From Armatimonadota bacterium (GTDB taxonomy: Bacteria > Armatimonadota > HRBIN16): 64,000 bases of DNA. Location of the stretch: assembly GCA_963677485.1 (NCBI GenBank), contig OY781964.1, positions 672,001 to 736,000 of the forward strand, given 5' to 3'. A model generated the notes under the pieces. That model saw only the letters and a program-made list of their open reading frames with translations, was not told the origin of the DNA and ran no database searches. This document shows, piece by piece, positions 50,758 to 58,254 of this stretch; the stretch's first letter is position 1, and the number at the start of each line of letters is the position of its first letter. Position numbers and translations under genes: made by a program.

Positions 50758-50780
50758 AGGGGCGGTTCGCGAACCGCCCT
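50758..50780. repeat. GTAG REP split by IS110 (pre-insertion GTAGGGGCGGTTCGCGAACCGCCCT)
   Basis: Palindrome GGGCGGTTCGCGAACCGCCC; its leading GT lies at 48944-45. Confidence 0.8.
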
Positions 50781-50791
50781 TGCATATGATC

Positions 50792-50991
50792 CTTCGCGTG
50801 AGACCTCCCTATTCGTGGTTAAATGGCCCGGACAAGTAAGATGAGTCAGACGTGTAGGACGTGAGGCCCACCTCATCGGCATCATCTGCGCCAGCGGTGG
50901 ATGGTCCTTCGCGTCTTCGCGTCTTCGCGTGAAACCTCCCTGTTCGTGGTCAAATGGCCCGGGCAAGCAAGATGAGTCAGACGAGTAGGAC
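50792..50991. repeat. 69-bp direct repeat x2 plus (CTTCGCGT)3
   Basis: 50792-50860 versus 50923-50991, 6 mismatches. Confidence 0.85.
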
Positions 50992-51031
50992 ATCTGGTTA
51001 GCCACCCATACCAAACACCGCCCGGGGGCTC

Positions 51032-51060
51032 TTGACAAACTGCCCATTGTCTGGCATAAT
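51032..51060 (+). promoter_or_regulatory. Sigma70 promoter of tRNA-Met-hisS-aspS
   Basis: TTGACA-N17-CATAAT, 12 nt before the tRNA. Confidence 0.85.
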
Positions 51061-51072
51061 ATTTTTGCCTAT

Positions 51073-51149
51073 GGCGGAGTAGCTCAGTTGGTCAGAGCAT
51101 ACGGTTCATACCCGTAGGGTCGACGGTTCAAATCCGCCCTCCGCTACCA
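51073..51149 (+). tRNA. tRNA-Met (CAT), probably elongator
   Basis: Cloverleaf with anticodon arm TACGG-TTCATAC-CCGTA, GGTTCAA T-loop and encoded CCA; lacks the initiator GGG/CCC stem. Confidence 0.93.
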
Positions 51150-51231
51150 ACTTTCACTGGCGACAACCGCGCAAGCAGTTGTCGCTTTTTTCATTCACGG
51201 CACCTGATAGGTCTTCAAAGGAGAACAGCCC

Positions 51232-52509
51232 ATGCGCTACAGCGCACCAAGAGGAACCAACGACTTCCTGCCCGACGACACCCCGCTTTGGCAGATGGTG
51301 GAAGATCGCTTCCGCTCGGTCGCCATGCGTTATGGATACCACGAGATCCGAACCCCCATCTTCGAGGATGTCGAGTTGTTTACCCGCAGCATGGGTGAAC
51401 ACACCGATGTGGTCAGCAAAGAGATGTATGTGTTCGAAGACCGCGGTGGGCGTAAGCTGGCCCTAAAACCAGAGGGAACCGCTCCAGCCGTGCGCGCCTA
51501 TGTGCAGCACAACCTGGCCGCGGAAGCCGGTGTGAACAAACTTTACTACCTCACCCAGATTTTCCGGTATGAGCGCCCTCAGGCGGGCCGGTATCGGCAG
51601 GCTCACCAAGTGGGCATCGAGGCGTTAGGATCGCAGCATCCCGCCATCGACGCCGAGGTGATCGCGCTGGCGATGCAGTTCTACCGCGAAATTGGCATCA
51701 ACGCGCTCAGCCTGGTGCTGAACAGCGTGGGCTGCCCGGTCTGCCGGCCCTCGTATCGCGAGAAGCTGCAGCAGTACGCTCAGCCATTCAAACACGAGCT
51801 TTGCGACGCCTGCCAAACCCGGTATGACAACAACCCCATGCGAATGTTGGACTGCAAACGGCCCGAGTGCCGTGAGCGGCTGGCCGACGCTCCTGACATA
51901 CTGGACAGCCTTTGCGATGAGTGCAGCACGCATTTCACTAAACTGCGGGGCTTCTTAGACGGCATGGCGGTTCCCTACCGTGTGGATAAGAACCTGGTGC
52001 GTGGGTTTGACTACTATACCAAAACCGCGTTTGAAATCCAGTCAGATGCCCTCGGCTCCCAGAATGCGCTCGGAGGCGGTGGCCGCTACGACGGCCTGGT
52101 CGAAGAGATCGGTGGTCAGAGCACCCCGGGCATCGGATTCGCGCTGGGTGTCGAGCGCGCCATCATCGTGCTGAAGGAACTTGGCGTGGTCACCACCGGC
52201 AGGAAACCCGTGCAGGTCTTCGTGGCCGCATTGGGCGAGCAAGCGGAAGCCCCTGCTCTGCTGTTGATGCAGCAACTGCGTAATGCAGGCATCAGCGTGG
52301 ACATGGACTTTCAACGCCGCAGCCTGAAGGCGCAGATGAAACTGGCAGACAAGTCCGGTGCATCTTACACCGTGCTCATGGGTGAAGATGAGTTGAAGAA
52401 CAACTCGGGGCTCATCCGTAACATGGCCAACAAACAGCAGCAGCTAGTCAGCTTAGACGAATGCTGCCATACCCTTTCACAGGCGCTAGACGCCCAATCT
52501 CGGAGGTAA
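51232..52509 (+). CDS. hisS: Histidine--tRNA ligase
   Basis: PRGTND, KEMY, PEGTA, RYERPQAGRYR, VRGFDYY, GGRYD. Confidence 0.99.
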   Translation: MRYSAPRGTNDFLPDDTPLWQMVEDRFRSVAMRYGYHEIRTPIFEDVELFTRSMGEHTDVVSKEMYVFEDRGGRKLALKPEGTAPAVRAYVQHNLAAEAGVNKLYYLTQIFRYERPQAGRYRQAHQVGIEALGSQHPAIDAEVIALAMQFYREIGINALSLVLNSVGCPVCRPSYREKLQQYAQPFKHELCDACQTRYDNNPMRMLDCKRPECRERLADAPDILDSLCDECSTHFTKLRGFLDGMAVPYRVDKNLVRGFDYYTKTAFEIQSDALGSQNALGGGGRYDGLVEEIGGQSTPGIGFALGVERAIIVLKELGVVTTGRKPVQVFVAALGEQAEAPALLLMQQLRNAGISVDMDFQRRSLKAQMKLADKSGASYTVLMGEDELKNNSGLIRNMANKQQQLVSLDECCHTLSQALDAQSRR

Positions 52510-52513
52510 CGCA

Positions 52514-54292
52514 GTGCAGCAGTGGCAACGAACCATATCTTGTGGCGATCTTCGCATAGAACATATCGGGCAGTCTGTAACCCTGAACGGGTGGGTGCAG
52601 CGAACCCGTGACCACGGTGGTCTACTTTTTGCGGATGTGCGCGACCGAACCGGCATCGTGCAGGTGGTGTTTGACCCAGATGTGAATGCTGCGATGCACA
52701 CGATGTCGCAGACTCTTCGAATGGAATTCGTGGTCGCCATCACTGGCACCGTGCGCCACCGCCCTGAGGGTGCTTCCAACCCGAAGCTGGGAACCGGTGA
52801 GGTGGAAGTGTTGGTGACGGATGCAGAGATACTAAACACCTGCAAGCCGCTGCCCTTCATGCTGAATGACGAAAACTTCAACGTGGACGAATCGGTGCGC
52901 CTGCGCTATCGATACCTCGACCTGCGCCGCCCCGAGATGTATAAGCGCATGGAGATTCGTCATAAGCTGGTCAACGGCATGCGCGAATTCCTGAACAAGA
53001 AGGACTTCCTGGAAATCGAGACACCCATCCTCATCAAATCGACGCCTGAGGGTGCGCGTGACTACCTCGTGCCCAGCCGCCTTTATGCCGGCCAGTTCTA
53101 CGCCCTGCCCCAAAGCCCTCAGCAAATGAAACAGTTGCTGATGGTTGCCGGCATCGAGCGTTATTACCAGATCGCAAAGTGCTTCCGCGATGAGGATGCC
53201 CGCAGCGACCGTCAGCCGGAGTTCACCCAACTCGACCTCGAGATGTCCTTCGTTAAGCAAGAGGACATCATGGAGCTGATTGAGGAGATGGCTCTGGAAG
53301 TCATCGGCAAGGTGACCACCAAGACGCTGCCCGCTCCCTGGCCCCGCTTGAGCTACGATGAGGCGATCCGCCGATACGGCTCCGACAAGCCGGACATCCG
53401 CTTCGGCATGGAGCTGCTTGACCTGACCGAGACGCTGGCGGACACAGAAGCCGGTGTCTTCCGCGGTGCTTTGGATTCCGGCGGACAGGTGAAAGCCATC
53501 TGCATCCCCGGCGCGGCCAGCTACAGCCGAAAAGAGCTGGATGAGCTCACCGATTTCGTGAAGCGATTCGGGGCCAAGGGCCTGGCCACCATCCAGTGGC
53601 AAGAGACGGGCGTGCGCTCCCCCATCGCGAAGTTCCTGAAGGAAGAGGAAATCGAGACCATCAAAACCGCTGTGGGAGCCAACACGGGCGACATGGTAGC
53701 CATTGTGGCAGGCGATGCCAAAATGGTGGCGAACTGTCTGGGACGCCTTCGTGTGGAGATGGGCAAACGGCTGAAGCTGGCCGACCCTAACTGTCTGGCT
53801 TTCCTGTGGGTCGTGGATTTCCCGTTGGTGGAATGGAATGCCGACAGCAACCGATGGGATGCGATGCACCACCCCTTCACCATGCCGCACGAAGAGGACC
53901 TGCCGATGCTGGAGACCGCCCCCGGCAAGGTGCGTGCCCAGTGTTATGACATCGTGTGCAACGGCGTGGAGTGGGCCAGCGGTTCTATCCGTATCCACCG
54001 GCCCGACATTCAGGAGAAGGTATTCGAGCTTCTGGCTTACACCCGGGAGCAGGCCCGCGAGCTGTTCGGTCACATGATTGAGGCCTTCGAGTTTGGGGCT
54101 CCGCCGCACGGTGGGATCGCACCCGGCATCGACCGTCTGGTGATGTTCCTGACCGATGATGACAACATCCGCGACGTCATCGCCTTCCCGAAGACCACCA
54201 CCGGCCAGGACATCCTGTTCGGCGCCCCAAGCACTGTGGACGAGGCTCAGTTGAGGGATCTTTCGCTGGTGATCAAGAAGGTAGTCAAGTAG
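52514..54292 (+). CDS. aspS: Aspartate--tRNA ligase
   Basis: RDHGG, PEGARDY, PQSPQ, RQPEFTQ, HHPF, PPHGG. Confidence 0.99.
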   Translation: MQQWQRTISCGDLRIEHIGQSVTLNGWVQRTRDHGGLLFADVRDRTGIVQVVFDPDVNAAMHTMSQTLRMEFVVAITGTVRHRPEGASNPKLGTGEVEVLVTDAEILNTCKPLPFMLNDENFNVDESVRLRYRYLDLRRPEMYKRMEIRHKLVNGMREFLNKKDFLEIETPILIKSTPEGARDYLVPSRLYAGQFYALPQSPQQMKQLLMVAGIERYYQIAKCFRDEDARSDRQPEFTQLDLEMSFVKQEDIMELIEEMALEVIGKVTTKTLPAPWPRLSYDEAIRRYGSDKPDIRFGMELLDLTETLADTEAGVFRGALDSGGQVKAICIPGAASYSRKELDELTDFVKRFGAKGLATIQWQETGVRSPIAKFLKEEEIETIKTAVGANTGDMVAIVAGDAKMVANCLGRLRVEMGKRLKLADPNCLAFLWVVDFPLVEWNADSNRWDAMHHPFTMPHEEDLPMLETAPGKVRAQCYDIVCNGVEWASGSIRIHRPDIQEKVFELLAYTREQARELFGHMIEAFEFGAPPHGGIAPGIDRLVMFLTDDDNIRDVIAFPKTTTGQDILFGAPSTVDEAQLRDLSLVIKKVVK

Positions 54293-54363
54293 GGGCAAGG
54301 CGTGCCTTACCCGTATAGGGGTGACCGCTGTAGGGGCGACCGGCCGGTCGCCCCTACCCCTAC
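54289..54363. repeat. GTAG REP cluster between convergent genes
   Basis: GTAGGGGCAAGGC..CCTTACCC and GTAGGGGCGACCGGCCGGTCGCCCCTAC; GTAG overlaps both flanking stop codons. Confidence 0.85.
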
Positions 54364-55466
54364 GGCTTCGCGCTGGTCGTCACCTGCAGGAAGTTCGCCT
54401 TCGGGTAATAGACTGTTTTTACGCCCTTGAGGTATTTCAACGCCTGCCACGGCAGATACAAAACTCCGTCCTTCGACACCACCTTCGATGGCAACACCAC
54501 GCGCTTCCCATCCACAATAAACGCCGCGTCACCGGCCTTCGCAGACAGCTTCTGTTGAGGAGCCACTGCAGCGAGTCTCTTCAGCGGTATGAGCCCATCT
54601 ATGTAACCACGGGCGAACTCTTTACCATATCCGATCACCAGCATGTTCGACTTAGCAACAATTTGATGTGACCCATCCCAGCCGTAGTCGGTAGAACTCC
54701 ACACTTCGCCGGTGACCGCATTCACTTTCATATCAAAGTGGGATGCGCAACCGCACCTGTTGAGTGAATCCGGCAGATCACACGTCACTGTATACACAGG
54801 TACAGGATATGCCAGCGACTTGTCGTAGAATCCATATGTCAACTGGAACTCACTGTCTGGCCACGTCAGCTTGCCCTGATCGGTTTGATGTGCCGTCCGC
54901 ACCCAATGGCCAGCGATTTCCATCGCTTTTGCCGGTGTGATGGGTATGCTGCCCCTATAGTCGGCAAACCCTTCATCATTCATTTCGGCAAAGTTTAGCA
55001 CTCCGTTATGGTCCACCTGCACATATACATAGGTGTCTGGATGTTCGATACCGTTGGCCTGGCGATATAGCCAGTAGCCCGGCTGCACCATAGTCAGCTT
55101 TGCCATCAGCGTTGGAGCTACATGGGTGGGTGCCCAGGCTTTGAACGCCTTCAGTATGGCATCCCGATCGGTACTCACATCTTCATAGTCAAAGTCACCA
55201 GAAACCCACTTCAATACCTTGCCGTTGCTGCGGTTGATATGAAGCGCATCCGTCTTGTTCTCCAGGAACATATGTAGCAAGATTCGACCGTTCGGGCCTT
55301 TGGTTTTCATGGCGTCACACACATCAGGCTCCCAGTCCGGTTTACCCAGCCAGGTGCGGGCAATTTTCGTCACCTGCTCATCGTTCAACAGCGGGGCACC
55401 TATGCTCATGCTGACGAACGACAGACAGGATAGCATGGCCACCATGATAATAGATAATCGCTGCAC
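54360..55466 (-). CDS. Secreted PepSY-like protein with conserved C-terminal module (paralog)
   Basis: Signal peptide; ITPAKAMEIA..VNAVTGEV; LYLPWQALKYL. Confidence 0.8.
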   Translation of the reverse strand: MQRLSIIMVAMLSCLSFVSMSIGAPLLNDEQVTKIARTWLGKPDWEPDVCDAMKTKGPNGRILLHMFLENKTDALHINRSNGKVLKWVSGDFDYEDVSTDRDAILKAFKAWAPTHVAPTLMAKLTMVQPGYWLYRQANGIEHPDTYVYVQVDHNGVLNFAEMNDEGFADYRGSIPITPAKAMEIAGHWVRTAHQTDQGKLTWPDSEFQLTYGFYDKSLAYPVPVYTVTCDLPDSLNRCGCASHFDMKVNAVTGEVWSSTDYGWDGSHQIVAKSNMLVIGYGKEFARGYIDGLIPLKRLAAVAPQQKLSAKAGDAAFIVDGKRVVLPSKVVSKDGVLYLPWQALKYLKGVKTVYYPKANFLQVTTSAKP

Positions 55467-56698
55467 TACTGCACCTTCTTCTTCATACTGCTCTTCGGTA
55501 TGCCGGTCCCTGTGGTGGTGACATCCAGCCGGTTCAATTTCGCGTCATAGCGGACCTTCACGCCAGGCAGGTATTTCAGCGCCTGCCAGGGCAGATACAG
55601 GTCACTGCCTTTGGCGATCACTTTGGCAGGTAACGGGATATTTAAACCGGACAGCATGAGTGCCATGTCACCTGCTTTTGCAGATAGCGGCTTCCCCCCA
55701 GCCAGAACCTTGGCAAATGCCAGACTCACCACGGGACTGCCATTTGCCATATGGGCTCCGCTCACTGAGGTTCCATTACGGTATAACGCCACGACTTTCG
55801 GGATATTCTGACGTGTGACTTGCACCCCTTTCACACTGTCATCTCCTGCACCTGTAAACAAGATATGGCTTGTTGATCCGGTCTGGGCATTGACTAACAC
55901 ACCATAGGCATACCCCCACCGATCATCATCATACTTTTCAAACACAGTGAAAGCATAGGCTACTTCATATGTACCAGCAGGCGTATACACGATCAATGGC
56001 ATGGGTTCCATTGGCTCGCAAACTACAGATGGTGCCTCTGTTATGCCATTTAGTAAATGCGCACCAGCATATGATTCGGCCTGCTGTATCGTCATGATTT
56101 CCGCGTCAGCAAATTCCGGTGATGGCTTTTCCTCGTAAGAGTACTTGTCTATCGTGCCATCTTCGAGCACATGAACGCGACAGGAATTGGTGTAGTCGTG
56201 GAACCCCCTTGAGGTAACCCGCCGGTACGACCCAGGCCACACTTCGGTATAGAAGCCTTTTGAAAACTTCGGCACCTTTTCCGACAGATACTTCATAGCA
56301 ACCGAGCGCGTTAACTCATCAGACGCACGCTTCCGTTTGCCCTTGTAGATACTATAATCCGAAACGATACCCTGATGCATCTCGACAACCCACATTTCAT
56401 CGCCTTTGGTGAACAGCCATCTGTTCTGCGCCAGAGGGTATTCGTCCTCTTCCACCAGTACCTTATCAATTTTATCAGGGACGAAAGACTGTAGGTTTGA
56501 AAACTTTTTAATCAGTTCGATGGCTTGCTTTTCGTTGATACGGTCCGGGAGACCTGCCAACACCAGTGACGGTACCATCACCGCCAACAGACAGATCATG
56601 ACTAAGCGAATGGGAGACATCACCATACCTCTTGAGCATCTACGGTTAATACCCGGATAGACAGGCATGTTTCTAGAGATGACAGGCATCAATCTCAC
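55466..56698 (-). CDS. Secreted PepSY-like protein with conserved C-terminal module (paralog; start may be about 56626)
   Basis: INEKQAIELI, VNAQTG, LYLPWQALKYLPGV. Confidence 0.8.
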   Translation of the reverse strand: MRLMPVISRNMPVYPGINRRCSRGMVMSPIRLVMICLLAVMVPSLVLAGLPDRINEKQAIELIKKFSNLQSFVPDKIDKVLVEEDEYPLAQNRWLFTKGDEMWVVEMHQGIVSDYSIYKGKRKRASDELTRSVAMKYLSEKVPKFSKGFYTEVWPGSYRRVTSRGFHDYTNSCRVHVLEDGTIDKYSYEEKPSPEFADAEIMTIQQAESYAGAHLLNGITEAPSVVCEPMEPMPLIVYTPAGTYEVAYAFTVFEKYDDDRWGYAYGVLVNAQTGSTSHILFTGAGDDSVKGVQVTRQNIPKVVALYRNGTSVSGAHMANGSPVVSLAFAKVLAGGKPLSAKAGDMALMLSGLNIPLPAKVIAKGSDLYLPWQALKYLPGVKVRYDAKLNRLDVTTTGTGIPKSSMKKKVQ

Positions 56699-57951
56699 TA
56701 CTGCACCTTCTTCTTCATGCTGCTCTTCGGTATGCGGGTCCCTGTGGTGGTGACATCCAGCCGATGGGTTTTCTCATCATAGCTCACCCTCACGCCGGGC
56801 AGGTATTTCAACGCCTGCCAGGGGAGATAATACCTGCCAGACTGGGCCGCCACCTTGTATGGAAGGGCTATTCGCTTGCCATCAAGCGTGAACGCCTTCT
56901 CGCCTGGTTTAGCAGTAATGGTTTGTGATGGAGCAAGGGCCATCATGGTTCTCAGCGGAACCATTCGAACAGACGGGGCCACGGTTTTGGTCTTAGCTTT
57001 AGCTGCCGTGTTTTTCCTGACTCCCTTTTTCGGTGCTGGAGGAGTCTTTGCACACAGATAAATACTGGCATCGGCCTGCAGGATAGCTCCCGAACAGGCA
57101 TCGACGTTGACGCGGTATATGCCACATCCTTCCAGCCCATGCTCGGATTGTTCGTCGGACCAGGACGCATTGACAGCGGGATCGTCCGAAATTAGGAAAG
57201 AAACCTCATAGACAGCCTCAGGATCGCCTTTTTGGTTGATATGCCACTTTATGCCATCAATGTCAAGCACATCGAAGTATGGCATGCCGCAGATATTGCC
57301 CTCATAGTCGTTCCAGGTATATGATCCAGCTATGGATTTCGCTATACTCACAGCTTGTTTGGGCGTCATTGTAGGAGTGGGAAGTGGTAGAGGTATGGGC
57401 TTATTCCACACAAATACCCCCTTTACTAATCCCTGCTCATCTCTATCCAAACTTAAGCGGACAAACGGGTTCCAGGTGCCGTCTGGATATCGCAGCTCCC
57501 AGTTATCTTCACCGTGTAGTTGCATCTGAGCTCTTGGCAGATCAGTGTGCCTGCTCCACATATCTTCTACATTCAGTGCATCAGCAGGGTATATAGTCAG
57601 GTCTGAGTCTGTAGAGACCATCTCTATGCAACCCGAGAGGGCGTTGACGAAATAACTTCGGTTGGCACAGTCAAATGGATAATGAGGATCTTTGTTACAC
57701 CACATTTCTAACGCGGTTCCGTAGTTTTCTGGGACACTCATATAACCTGACCCCATAGAATTGGTCACCATGGCAGTAGGATCACCGATGAATGCTCGGA
57801 CTCTCTCAATAGCCTGTTGCTCAGAGATAACAGCACCTGCTTGCAGCGACATTATCATCGCACAGAGGCTGAGTAACAATACGGTTATGACCTTGATGCG
57901 TACACGGGTGATGCATGCGAAACAGTCGGGTGTTACCATTACAGTGTTCAT
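56698..57951 (-). CDS. Secreted PepSY-like protein with conserved C-terminal module (paralog)
   Basis: ISEQQAIER, MTPKQAVSIA, VDACSG, YLPWQALKYLPGV. Confidence 0.8.
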   Translation of the reverse strand: MNTVMVTPDCFACITRVRIKVITVLLLSLCAMIMSLQAGAVISEQQAIERVRAFIGDPTAMVTNSMGSGYMSVPENYGTALEMWCNKDPHYPFDCANRSYFVNALSGCIEMVSTDSDLTIYPADALNVEDMWSRHTDLPRAQMQLHGEDNWELRYPDGTWNPFVRLSLDRDEQGLVKGVFVWNKPIPLPLPTPTMTPKQAVSIAKSIAGSYTWNDYEGNICGMPYFDVLDIDGIKWHINQKGDPEAVYEVSFLISDDPAVNASWSDEQSEHGLEGCGIYRVNVDACSGAILQADASIYLCAKTPPAPKKGVRKNTAAKAKTKTVAPSVRMVPLRTMMALAPSQTITAKPGEKAFTLDGKRIALPYKVAAQSGRYYLPWQALKYLPGVRVSYDEKTHRLDVTTTGTRIPKSSMKKKVQ

Positions 57952-58001
57952 GAATACATCCTTTCAGTGGTAGAACATCGACAAGCGTCTTCGCTTGTTT
58001 A

Positions 58002-58041
58002 GCTAGATTATACCCTCGTTTTCACGATAAACGTATGGTTT
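58002..58041 (-). promoter_or_regulatory. Duplicated promoter/operator motif, copy 1
   Basis: Minus strand CGTTTATCGTGAAAACGAGGG-TATAAT-CTAGC; near-identical copy at 60087-60126. Confidence 0.65.
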
Positions 58042-58150
58042 TCTGCGTTTTAAGGAGATCTAGTTATAATTTCCGCAGATGGTCGGCGCCCATTTGTGTG
58101 CATTCGTGGTTAAGATTATTCTGACGAGTAGAGCATGATGCTGACTATCG

Positions 58151-58178
58151 AGGGGTAAGCACGGGGGCTTACCCCTAC
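58151..58178. repeat. GTAG REP
   Basis: AGGGGTAAGC..GCTTACCCCTAC. Confidence 0.75.
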
Positions 58179-58254
58179 GCAGCCAATTCACGCACGCCCA
58201 AACAGCAGTCGACCAACCGGTTCTCGTCCCCCGTGCTGGTGTAGGCGCATCTCT

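Larger units (their letters stand above)
48948..50759 (-). mobile_element. IS110-family (IS621-like) bridge-recombinase element, 1812 bp
   Basis: Duplicated CT core (plus-strand AG at 48946-47 and 50758-59); no TIRs; recombinase gene preceded by a structured noncoding left end. Confidence 0.92.

Noticed and set aside
50792-50991. Possible CRISPR array
   Set aside because: Only two 69-bp units and no cas genes in the window.
51073-51149. tRNA as attachment site of an integrated element
   Set aside because: I saw no duplicate of the tRNA 3' end and no integrase in the window.
52832-54298. 488-aa minus-strand ORF
   Set aside because: Antisense shadow of aspS caused by codon bias; no motifs. 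The same applies to 12423-13316 opposite the PfkB gene and 33437-34246.
55464-56830. Possible DGR template/variable repeat pair
   Set aside because: Both copies are coding, mismatches are not adenine-restricted, and there is no reverse transcriptase in the window.
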